Shown: positions 29,652 to 39,400 of the stretch, piece by piece
Layout of the letters: every line of letters starts with the position of its first letter
Numbering within the stretch: position 1 is the stretch's first letter
From: Myxococcota bacterium
Lineage (GTDB): Bacteria; Myxococcota_A; UBA796; UBA2385
Assembly (NCBI GenBank): GCA_044344255.1
Contig: JBIJDH010000028.1
Span: forward strand, 13,423-77,422
Direction: 5' to 3'
DNA length: 64,000 bases
Program-made: the position numbers and the translations under genes
The notes under the pieces: generated by a model
The model's database searches: none
Told to the model about the DNA's origin: nothing
The model's input: the letters and a program-made list of their open reading frames with translations, nothing else

Positions 29652-30982
29652 CCGCGGTCCTCCTCGGCGACCTCTCCGTCCTGCGCGTGGAGCCCCCGCG
29701 CTCGCTCTACTCGGTGGCCGGTCAGTCGCGACCGGCCTCCCCGATCCTCGGCAGGAGCGAGGGAGCGCCGGCGACCTGGATCGAGGCGCCGACCTACACC
29801 GCCGACCCCAGCATCGTGCGGCGCCTCCAGCGCGCCTTCACCCTCAAGCTGCTGGGCCCTGCGCCGGCCTTCCCTCGACCGCGGCCGGCAGAGCTCGTCG
29901 AGCAGGAGACCGCGCGGGTGGGGCGAGGAGAGGCCCTCGTGCTGGCGACGACCGGCCGCAGCGCCCGTCACCGGGTGGGTCCGGGCGCGCTCCTGCCCGC
30001 CTTGCTCGCCGGTCAGGCCGCGCTCCAGCACGGGGATCGCCCCCGGCAGATCCTCTATGGCATCGACCAGGACGCCGTCCTCGTCCGCTATGACCCCCAG
30101 GCCGAGGGGCTCCGCTGCTCGGGGGCGCTGCTCCTCCCCGGCTTCGGCGCCCGCGCCTTCACCACCGGCCTCACCTTCACCCTGGCCGGTGAGCTCCAGC
30201 TCCTCGGACGCGGACAGGGAGCGCGGCCCGATCCCGGCCTCCGCCCCCACCTCCTCGGCGTCGCCACCCTCGCCGTCGAGGCCCTGCTCGGCGGGGCCGC
30301 CCACACGACCCTCCTCGCCCCGAGCCCCCTCGGCAAGGTGGAGGTCGGGCTCAGCGTGTCGATCGAGCGGCTCCGGACGCAGGTGGAGGACCGCCCCCTC
30401 CAGAGCGCCGAGCTCGCCGCCCTCTTCAGCCGGGAGACGGTGGTGGCGCTCGAGCCCGGCCTCGTCCACCCCGCGCTCCAGGAGCTGCTGCGGGCCCGCT
30501 CCGGCCTCGTAGAGGTCTCGCTCTTGCACGCGCTCGAGGCGGCTGACCTCGGCCTGTCCGGGCAGCGGATCCGCGGGGCCACCTTCCCCGAGAAGGACCG
30601 ACTCACCGGCGTCGCCGCGACCGCCCTCGACGCCTGGACCACGCTCCCGCCCGTCTGGCTGCTGCCCCTCGACGCCACCCGGTCCGCCCTCACCCCACCG
30701 GCCCCCCGCGAGGACGTCGCCCCGGCGCCTGCAGCCCCGCCCATCGCGACGCCGGCCGCCGCGCTGCCCACCGAGTTCCTGCCCTGGGGCGCCTTCGCCC
30801 TGTCGGCCCTCCCCGACCTGCGCAGCCTGCAGGTCTATCAGGACGAGGCGCTGCTCCCGGCGGACGCCTATACGGTGGAGGCCGAGCCCGGGCCCTGGCC
30901 GGCGGTGCTGCGCTTCAAGGCCGGCCACCTGCCGAGCGCCACCGCCGTGCTGCGCCTGTCCTATCGGGAGCAGCGGCGATGA
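29648..30982 (+). CDS. hypothetical protein of the tubulin-like operon
   Basis: 4-bp start/stop overlaps with both neighbours; host-like codon usage. Confidence 0.7.
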   Translation: MTAVLLGDLSVLRVEPPRSLYSVAGQSRPASPILGRSEGAPATWIEAPTYTADPSIVRRLQRAFTLKLLGPAPAFPRPRPAELVEQETARVGRGEALVLATTGRSARHRVGPGALLPALLAGQAALQHGDRPRQILYGIDQDAVLVRYDPQAEGLRCSGALLLPGFGARAFTTGLTFTLAGELQLLGRGQGARPDPGLRPHLLGVATLAVEALLGGAAHTTLLAPSPLGKVEVGLSVSIERLRTQVEDRPLQSAELAALFSRETVVALEPGLVHPALQELLRARSGLVEVSLLHALEAADLGLSGQRIRGATFPEKDRLTGVAATALDAWTTLPPVWLLPLDATRSALTPPAPREDVAPAPAAPPIATPAAALPTEFLPWGAFALSALPDLRSLQVYQDEALLPADAYTVEAEPGPWPAVLRFKAGHLPSATAVLRLSYREQRR

Positions 30983-33807
30983 CCGCCCCCGCCACCCTCT
31001 CCTGTCCGGACTGCCTGTCCACCCTGTCCTGGCAGGACCGCTTCTGCGGCACCTGCGGCGCACGGGTCGCCCGGCTGCGCCTCGCCGCCGACGATCTGCC
31101 GATCGGCGATCTGGCGGTCCCGCCCGCGATCTGGCTGCTGAACGAGGGCGCCGTCCCCGTCACCGTCACGCTCGGGCCCCCCGAGCCCGGGCAGCCCGCG
31201 CCGCCCCCCTGGCTCCGCCTCCCGAGCCCTGCGATCGAGCGCGTGGTACCGCCGGGGGAGTCCTGCGCGATCCCGCTCACCATCCTGGCCGACGTGCTGC
31301 GGGCCGACGATCCCGCCCTGGTGGGCGCCACTCAGTACAGCCTCCGCCTCCAATCCGACCGCGACTACGCCGACCCTGCGCTCCACCTCCGCCTCCACCT
31401 GCTCGGCCGCTCGGCGCTCCTGCCCGAGCTCGTCGAGCTCCCGGCGCTGCCCCTCGGCCGCGGCCCCATCCCCCTGCCCTTCGCCCTGCACAACGGCGGC
31501 GGACAGCCATTGGAGGTAGAGCGGATCGAGGTCCTCACCGAGGAGGGGATCCCCGTCCTCCTCCCCCGCGGCCGCCCCCCGACCGTGCCGGCCGGACAGA
31601 CCCTCCCCCTCGGCCTCTCGCTGCCGCCCCTCGACCGCCCCGACCTGCTCGGCCGGCTCCTCCGCCTCCGCGTGCGCTGCGTCCACCCGAGCGCGGCCGG
31701 CCTCGCCCCCACCGAGGGAGAGCTGCGCCTCCGCCTCTGTCGGCCGCCCCGCCTCACCGTTCACGGCGGCCCCGCGCTCGTCCGAGTGAGCGGCGGCGAG
31801 CGCTTCGAGGCCGAGCTCCGTAACGAGGGTGACTTCCCGATCGAGGTCCGCGCCCTGCGCAGCGCGGCGCCCTGGCTGAGCGTAGAGCCCCTCGAGGGCT
31901 TGCTCCTCCCCCCGGGCGCCGTGCAGCGGGTGAGCTGGACCGTCCACCCGGAGCGGAGAGAGGGCAACGAGCTCGCAGAGGCCAGGATCCAGGCCGAGCT
32001 CTGCGTCGAGACGATCCCCCCCCTTGATCCACCCCTCCGCCGCCTCATCGCCGTCGAGACCGAGCCCATCCACTCGCTCGACGAGGCGGTGCTGGGCATC
32101 GACTTCGGCACCACCGGCTGCGCGGTCTGTCTGCTCCACCCCGACGCCCCGGCGCCCCTCCCCCTGTCCCTCGAGTGGGAGCCCGCCCGCGGCCGCGACC
32201 TCGCCTCGCTGATGTTCTATCTCGGGGCCCCGGAGACCCCCTTCGTCTATGGCCAGCGGGCCCGGGCGCGGGCCGCCACCGACCCCCACAACCTCGTGCG
32301 CGCCTTGAAGCGGGCCCTCTCCCTCCAGCCCGACCGGGTGTGGCACTTCGCGCACGGCGAGGCCGAGAGCCGCCGCCTCGTCCAGTACGGCGCCGCCGAG
32401 CTCGCTCACGCCCTGCTGGCCGAGCTCCTCCGCCGGGCCGAGCGCGCCTGGCGCGAGCTGCCCCGCGACCAACGCCCCGTCGACGCCGTGGCCGTGCGCT
32501 TCCGCCGCGCGGTCTTCACGCACCCCGTCGAGGCCCCCACCTCCCTCAACGCCGTGCTCTTCGCCGCCGCCCGGGCCGCCGGCCTCGACGGGGGGGCCAC
32601 GAGCGTCGAGGAGTTCGGCCGCTTCGGGCTCATCGACGAGTCGAGCGCCGCCCTGCTGCACTACCTCACGCTGCGGGCCGAGGAGGAGGCCGACGGGGTG
32701 GAGGGCTCGGGCCTGGCCGGCGAGAAGGTGCTCTGCCTCGACGTCGGCGGCGGCACCACCGACATCACCGCGGCGGAGACCGGTGACCCCGCCGCCTTCA
32801 CCCTCGATATCCGCATCCGCGCCACCGCGGGTGACGGCCGCCTCGGCGGCGAGGACCTCGACCGCGCCATCGCCCGCGCCGCCCTCCCCCTCTTCCTCAC
32901 CGCCGCCCCCGACCTGCGCATCGACCTCCTCGACGAGGCCCTCGGCGAGGTCGACCCGCGCGGCCTCCTCTCCCGACTCCCCGGCCTCTCCGCCGCTCAG
33001 GCCGAGGCCGCCGCCCACCGCGTCCACGGTGCGGCCCTCTCGCTCCTCGAACAGGCGGAGCGGGCCAAGATCGAGCTCGGCGGCGCCTCCGGCCCGGACT
33101 CGCTCACCCTCCGGCTCGGCACTGAGGCCCCCCACGGCCCCGACGCCGCGCCGGGCGGCCGCCCCGTCGAGGTCTCCCTCCACCAGAGCGCGGTGGCCCT
33201 CGCGTACGGCGACTGTGCCACCCGCGTGCTCGACCTGCTCGACCGCGCCGTCGACACGGCCGGCTGGCGCTGGACCTCCGTCGATACGCTCCTCCTCACC
33301 GGGCAGACCACCCGCTCCGCCCTCCTGCGCGGCCTCCTGCTCGACGCCGTGCGGGCCCGCCGCGGTGAGCTCCCCCACGTCGTCGACGCCGACCGCTTCG
33401 ATCCCAAGGGCTGCGTCGCCGCCGGCGCGGCCCGCTTCGGCCTCGCCCGCGGGCAGGTGCGGGTGATCCGCCCCGACGGACTGCCCGCCACCCTCGAGCT
33501 CCGCCACCCGCTCACCGGGCGCTGGATCTCTATCGAGGGCCTCCAACAGGGTCGGCCGCTGCCCGCCCGGGCCCGCCTCCCCGCGCGGCCCACGCCGTAC
33601 ACGCTCAACCTCTACGCCGGCCGAAGACTGTTCGGCACCGTTCACGTCGCCTCTCTCCCCTTCAGCGCCGAGGTCGAGCTCCTCTACGATGAAGACCACA
33701 CCGTCTGGCTCACCTGGGACGGGCATCGGCAGCTCCCGGTCACCCTCCTCCCGCTGAGCTCCGCCCCCTCACCCGCCGCGCCGGCCGCCGAGTCGAAGCA
33801 GCCATGA
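30979..33807 (+). CDS. Zn-ribbon + Ig-like repeats + atypical Hsp70-family ATPase fusion
   Basis: N-terminal CPDC...FCGTCG; Ig/BACON-like L.N.G...W-L-V-P..G.L.PG segments; Hsp70 motifs GIDFGTT, IDESSAA, LDVGGGTTD, GGEDLD, AERAKIEL, DPKGCVAAGAA. Confidence 0.85.
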   Translation: MTAPATLSCPDCLSTLSWQDRFCGTCGARVARLRLAADDLPIGDLAVPPAIWLLNEGAVPVTVTLGPPEPGQPAPPPWLRLPSPAIERVVPPGESCAIPLTILADVLRADDPALVGATQYSLRLQSDRDYADPALHLRLHLLGRSALLPELVELPALPLGRGPIPLPFALHNGGGQPLEVERIEVLTEEGIPVLLPRGRPPTVPAGQTLPLGLSLPPLDRPDLLGRLLRLRVRCVHPSAAGLAPTEGELRLRLCRPPRLTVHGGPALVRVSGGERFEAELRNEGDFPIEVRALRSAAPWLSVEPLEGLLLPPGAVQRVSWTVHPERREGNELAEARIQAELCVETIPPLDPPLRRLIAVETEPIHSLDEAVLGIDFGTTGCAVCLLHPDAPAPLPLSLEWEPARGRDLASLMFYLGAPETPFVYGQRARARAATDPHNLVRALKRALSLQPDRVWHFAHGEAESRRLVQYGAAELAHALLAELLRRAERAWRELPRDQRPVDAVAVRFRRAVFTHPVEAPTSLNAVLFAAARAAGLDGGATSVEEFGRFGLIDESSAALLHYLTLRAEEEADGVEGSGLAGEKVLCLDVGGGTTDITAAETGDPAAFTLDIRIRATAGDGRLGGEDLDRAIARAALPLFLTAAPDLRIDLLDEALGEVDPRGLLSRLPGLSAAQAEAAAHRVHGAALSLLEQAERAKIELGGASGPDSLTLRLGTEAPHGPDAAPGGRPVEVSLHQSAVALAYGDCATRVLDLLDRAVDTAGWRWTSVDTLLLTGQTTRSALLRGLLLDAVRARRGELPHVVDADRFDPKGCVAAGAARFGLARGQVRVIRPDGLPATLELRHPLTGRWISIEGLQQGRPLPARARLPARPTPYTLNLYAGRRLFGTVHVASLPFSAEVELLYDEDHTVWLTWDGHRQLPVTLLPLSSAPSPAAPAAESKQP

Positions 33808-35462
33808 CCGGCCCCCCGAAGAACTCCTTTGACCCTCACACCGGCGCCTTCGGCTATCCGAACGCCTGCCCGCGCTGCGGGCTCCCGCTGCCGAGCCGCC
33901 AGCCCCTCCGCGGCCCGGTCGACCACCCCCAGGGCCAGCGCTGCCCGCATTGTCGAGGCCACATCGCATACATCCCCGAGGAGCTGGGCGAAGGGCGTCA
34001 CCGCCGCACCTGGTGGATCCCGGTCCGGCCCGAGGCCCGCTTCAGCCCCCTCAGCGGCCGCGAGTGGCTCGGCCCCGCCGTCGCCGAGTGGGCGGAGCTC
34101 GGCGGCTCCCCCCTGCGCGCCTCCTGCACCCTCGACCCCTCCCGGAGCCTGTCCCCCCGCGAGCCGGGCCGGAGCTGGAGCCGCGTCCGCCTGGACCACT
34201 GGCCGTTGCTCCAGGGCGCCCACCTCGGAAATGGGGACGAAGACCGCATCCGCGCCCTCCAGGTGGCGCGCGGGATGCTCGTCGCCACCACCGCCCGCGG
34301 CGACCTCCACCTGCGCGACCCCGACACCGGCGCCCCGCTGCGCCCGGAGCCCCTGCACACCCGAAACGCGCTCCACGACGAGCCCGTCTACTGGCCGCCC
34401 ACCTGGCGGGGCGGCTTTGTGGCCCTCACCGCCGAGCGCCGCCTGCTCATCGGCGACCTGAGCCCCCTCCTGCGCGACCGCGCGCGGGGCCGCCCCCGCC
34501 TCCAGACCTGGACCCTCCCGGAGGGGGAGAGCTGGGCCACCGCCCCCTTCGCCCTCGACCGCGACCCCTGGAGCGGCCCCCGCTTCGGCGCCGTCTCGCT
34601 CGACCGCAGCGGCCGCAGCGCCCGCCTCGTCCTGCTCGACGCGGCGCCGGTGCGCGAAGACCAGCCCCCGCGCCTCCTCTACGAGGGCCGCATCGACGCC
34701 GCCGTGGCCCCCGTCGTGCTCCCCCACCTCCACCCTGGCGCGCCGTGGGCTGGCCAGCTCCTCTGGGTCGACACCCAGGGCCGCGTGAACCTGCTCGACC
34801 CCGAGACCGGCCTCCTCTCCGCCCCCCTCGGCGCGCCCCCCGCGCTCCCGAGCCCACCGCCGGGCGCCCCACCGCCCCTGCGCGGGCGCCTCCCCTGGCG
34901 CCGCACCCACCTCGCCGTTGAGGCCGACCGCGACAACGAGGCCGTCTGGATGGTCCAGGAGGACCCCCAGGGCGAGCCTATCCTCCGCCGCTGGTCGCTG
35001 CGCGCCGAGGCCTGGGAGGACCGCCGCGAGCTCAGCCGCGACATCGGCGCCGCCGCGCCCTGGCTGGCCCTCCACCCCTACACCCCCGAGGGAGAGCCCG
35101 GCCGCGTCGTCGTCGCCGGCAGCGCCTACTACGAGCTCCACCGCAAGAGCGGGGCCGACCGCGACCCCCTCAACAAGGCCGACCGCACCCTCGGCCTCCA
35201 CCGCTCGATGGGCGAGGACGCCCGCACCATCGGCCCGCCCATCCTCACCCCCGCCGGCCTCGTCACCTTTCACCCCTCCGAGCTGCGCCTCACCGCCAAC
35301 CACCCCACCCGCCCCGAGGCCGTGACCGTCCTCGACCGCGACCCGGTGCCCCTCTGCCGGGCCTGGTCCGACTTCGAGACCTTCCCTTGCGCCATCGGCA
35401 GCACCGTCTGGTGCGCCACCGAGGGCGGCGCCGTGGTGCGGGCGGAGTTCGCGCAGCGGTGA
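33804..35462 (+). CDS. Zn-ribbon protein with a probable beta-propeller-like region
   Basis: CPRCG...CPHC; repeated short strands of the type V.T..G.L.L.DP.TG; ATGA overlap with the Hsp70 gene. Confidence 0.65.
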   Translation: MTGPPKNSFDPHTGAFGYPNACPRCGLPLPSRQPLRGPVDHPQGQRCPHCRGHIAYIPEELGEGRHRRTWWIPVRPEARFSPLSGREWLGPAVAEWAELGGSPLRASCTLDPSRSLSPREPGRSWSRVRLDHWPLLQGAHLGNGDEDRIRALQVARGMLVATTARGDLHLRDPDTGAPLRPEPLHTRNALHDEPVYWPPTWRGGFVALTAERRLLIGDLSPLLRDRARGRPRLQTWTLPEGESWATAPFALDRDPWSGPRFGAVSLDRSGRSARLVLLDAAPVREDQPPRLLYEGRIDAAVAPVVLPHLHPGAPWAGQLLWVDTQGRVNLLDPETGLLSAPLGAPPALPSPPPGAPPPLRGRLPWRRTHLAVEADRDNEAVWMVQEDPQGEPILRRWSLRAEAWEDRRELSRDIGAAAPWLALHPYTPEGEPGRVVVAGSAYYELHRKSGADRDPLNKADRTLGLHRSMGEDARTIGPPILTPAGLVTFHPSELRLTANHPTRPEAVTVLDRDPVPLCRAWSDFETFPCAIGSTVWCATEGGAVVRAEFAQR

Positions 35463-35678
35463 CGGGGAGTGGCGGCGCGACGCCAACCGAGGACCGCCGC
35501 GAACGACAGCGGGGCACAGAAGCGGAGTAGAGGACCGCCCAAGTCTAAACAGAATTCATCAGAACCACAAAGGTCACAGCCTCGGCGGTCTACGCCCATC
35601 CCGCACTCGGTTTGGCGCACAAACCGTCTTTGTCAACCTCAAAGACAGACCTACCGTCCGCCTCAGCTATGAGCTATT

Positions 35679-36146
35679 TCACCCTTCACTCCTCCGCTTA
35701 GTCTCAACGACTCGAACATCAAAAGATACATCAAATCCACCGTAGTGCCGGGTATGGCCGCTCTTCTTGTCCCCCACGATGATTCCACCGTAACCAGCCT
35801 GAAACCCTATTAATCCATCAAGAAAACGCATTCTGGGCCCCACCCTCCCGTAAACCATGTCCGCGACAATCGCTTGCTTCTCCGTCGAAACACGATCCAC
35901 GACGTCCGACCACCGCACTCCCACCATGACCAACGAGAGGTCGAGAACTGAACCCTGATCGAAGTTGAAGAACCCCGCGGATCCCCCTAGTAGATAGCTT
36001 CGCATCGCGTCCTGGTTCACCTCCGTCCGCCCCGACATCGGGAGAAACACCAGCGCCGGAACGGTTCGAATCTCTCCATGAAATGTTGAGTATCCAGCTT
36101 CCGCTGCCTGAGTAAGGGCTAACTGAATTGCCAGCGCTGGGATCAT
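35679..36146 (-). CDS. small exported hypothetical protein with atypical (lower-GC) codon usage
   Basis: GGAGG RBS, ATG at 36146, signal-like N-terminus, beta-strand-like C-terminus (GGFDVSFDVR). Confidence 0.55.
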   Translation of the reverse strand: MIPALAIQLALTQAAEAGYSTFHGEIRTVPALVFLPMSGRTEVNQDAMRSYLLGGSAGFFNFDQGSVLDLSLVMVGVRWSDVVDRVSTEKQAIVADMVYGRVGPRMRFLDGLIGFQAGYGGIIVGDKKSGHTRHYGGFDVSFDVRVVETKRRSEG

Positions 36147-36438
36147 CGCACCTCCGAATCTGCCTGAGGCAGGACACATTGGAGCGTACACCCTGAGTGC
36201 TATGCGAGGGGGCTTCGTGGAACAAATTTCAACACGTGGAACATCCGCCTGCGATCCAGGAACTCGCTCCTCGGTGACCCACACAAAGGGCTCGGGCCAA
36301 GAGGAACCGCACGCCACCCGTCCGTACACTGCTCGGCTCCGCGAAGGCCACCTGCTCCGCAGAAGCAAGTAGCGTCAACGCGCTCACCCCACGGACGCTC
36401 AGAATGCCTCGGATCCCGGCCCGGGATAAAGCCGCGCG

Positions 36439-39400
36439 ATGAGCGACGGCACCGGTCTCCGCCTCCACCTCCCCGCCCTCCTCCAAGCCTGGCTCGAGGC
36501 CGACCTCCTGGCGGACCGCCGAGCCCGGCTGGCCGACGGAGGGGCTGACGCGGACGATGGTGTAGATCTGGCGCGGGTCTTCGTAGACCTGCCGGCGAGC
36601 TGGCGTGCGCCAGGAGGGGAGTGGGTCCCCCACGGGAAGGTCCTCCAGCACCTCCTCGGCTGCCCCGCGGAGGCGCCGCCCCGCGCGCTGATCATCGGCG
36701 GGCCAGGTGCCGGAAAGTCGACCGTAACGGCGATGCTCGCCCAGGCCCTGCGCGCCGCCTGGCTCGACACGGTCGAGGTAGGAGAGCCCCAGACGGGCGA
36801 GGCCCCCCGCGGAGCGGGTGCCCCCCTGCCGGAGGTGGAGACGGTGGTGGCGGAGCTCGCGGCCATCGGCGCGCGCTTGCAGTGGCCGAAGAGCGAGCGC
36901 CCGGTCACCTTCCCGCTCCGCATCGATCTCCCCGAGCTCCGCCGCTGGATGGCGGAGCGGTCCGGTCCGTCGGTCTGGGCCTTCCTCGCCGGCCGGGCCG
37001 AGCGCGACCTCCGCCTCCGCGGTCGCCCCCAGCCCGTGGCGACCGAGGCCCTCCAGGCCGCCGTGCTCGCCCTGGGGCCGACCCTTTGGATCCTCGACGG
37101 CCTCGATGAAGTGCCCCCCTCCGCGGGCCGGGCCGAGCTCCTCACCGCGCTCCGAGCGGAGCGGCGGGCGGGCGATGGTTGGATCGTCTCCACCCGTCCC
37201 CAGGGCTACCAGGACGAGCTGGACGAGCTCCGCCCCATCGAGCTCCTTCCGCTCGACGCCGGAATCGCCAACGCCTACGCAGAGGGGCTGGTCGGCGCCT
37301 GGATCCGCGATCCAGTGCTGCGGGAGGGCAAGCTCGACGAGCTGCGAAGACAGCTCGACCGCGCCGACGTCCGGGAGCTGCTCACGAGCCCCCTTCATGT
37401 GACGATGGCCACGCTGCTGGTGCTCGCCGAAGGAGAGCTGCCCCTCTCTCGCGCCGCACTCTTTCAACAATACTTCGAGCTGAGCTGGAAGCGTGAGCTC
37501 CGCAAGCAGAGCGGCCACGGCCTCCAGGTCACCGACAAGGCGCTGATCGTAGACCTGCACCGCCGCGCCGCCCTCAGCCTGCAGGTCCGCGCCCAGGCCT
37601 CGGCGGGGGCCCGACCCGGCCTGCGGCGGAGAGAGCTGCGCGCCCTACTGCTCTCGCTCTACGAGGGCCTCGGCGAGCCGCCCGAGCGGGCCCGCGAGCA
37701 AGCGGATCGGATGGCGCGCTTCGCCGTCGAGCGCCTCGTCTGGATCGTCCAGGATGTGCAGGGGGAGCACAGCTTCACCATCCGGCCCCTTCAAGAGCAC
37801 TTCGCGGCGGAGGCGCTGATCGAGGGCGAGGTCGAGGAGGTGCGGCGACGCTTCGAGGCCATCGCGACAGACCCGCACTGGGAGGGGGTGCTCCGCCTCG
37901 CGGCCAGCGCACTGGCCAGCCGCACTGGGGCGCGCGACCTCCGCCTCGCCCAGCGCGGCCTCGTAGAGCTCTGCCGCGACCTCAACGCCGGTCGCGTGGG
38001 CGGCGAGGGCGCCTGCCGCCTCTACCTCGGCTCCCGGCTCGCGATGACGATCCTCGGAGAGACCGCCGGCTATGGCAAGCCCTGGCTTCACGACGGACTG
38101 TGGGATGTTGCCCTGGAGGCAGCCAAAGCACCGAGGATGGCAGAGGTTACGCGGGTGCAGCAGCGAGAGGACAGCTCATCCGGGAAGAGAACCAACGCCG
38201 ATCGTTTCGCGTTCCGAGCGGAGCTCCATCACCGGCTGGGGAACCTGGTTTGCCGATGGCCGAGTCCGGATCGCGAGGCGCTCCAGGGTCGGCTGCTCCG
38301 TATTGTCGAGGAGCTGCTTGGCGATGGGGAAGCCCGCTGGAACGCTTGGCGGATCCTCGAGGTCCTCGCTGGCGGCGAAGATCCAGCCTTCCTCGACCTG
38401 GCCGACCGCCATTTCCCCACCCATGCTGCCGAAGTGCGTCGCCTCGCCCGCCAGTGGTCGGGCAGTCTCTGGAACGGCGGAGCGGTCCTTCGCCGCAGAA
38501 TGCTGGAGCTGCGGCCGGAGCTGCACACACCTTCGGACACCGTCGCCAGCGACCGAGACAGCCTCAGCAGCCCCATCGCCAAACAGCTGGCCGTACTCCG
38601 GAGATCTCTTCAGCGGAACCTCGGAGTTTGGGTCGTTTGGGCCGGAGAGCCCAAGGTAATTGCGGGAGTTCTTACTGAGTCAGGTAACCCCAACCCGGCG
38701 TTACTCGCGCTCGACGGGCTCGATAACTGGCTCCATCCTCGTCGGGGACTGTGGAGGGCCCTCACCGACTTTCACACTTCCACCACGCCCGACACCCTCG
38801 CGGAGCTGCTCGCGATCGCTGCGGCCAACTTCGCGGACTTCGAAGCACTTCGGGAGGCGGAGTGGGCCCATCCCTGGCAGCTCCGCTGCATCCTGGCCGC
38901 AGTCGAGCGACCGGAAGAACTCGCCCCAATCGAGGCATTGGTCTCCAGCGGAACGCTCGGGAGTGCAGCCGACTGGCTGGCGGCCGAGCGCCGTTGGACG
39001 GAGATGGCCTCGCTCTCGACCGAAGATCTGCGTCCTTGGATCGAGACAGACGCGCCGTGGAACCACGACATAGGCGAGCGCGGCATCCCATGGCCTGAGC
39101 TGCGGCAGTGGGGCTCCGCGACAGATCACCCGGAGCTCCGCCGCGCTTTCCAACTGGCTCTGATTCAGCCCTCCTCCCGTCTTTGGAAGGCCGCACACCT
39201 GGCACAGCGGCTCCTGGCGCTGGACAGCAATCAGCCGCTGGTCGCCTTTCCCATCGCGGCTTCCGCCGAAGCATGCCAGGAGCCGCGGCGAATGCACTCG
39301 CTGCGCGCGATTGCCTCTCTCCTGCCCGATCTCGGCGGGCCCCATGCGGACCAATGGTACGAGCTGCTCGACCATCGAGGCAAGCGCAGCTCGGAGCCTG

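Noticed and set aside
36216..36243. CGTGGAACA repeated twice, resembling parS half-sites
   Set aside because: No full 16-bp parS palindrome; too weak to call
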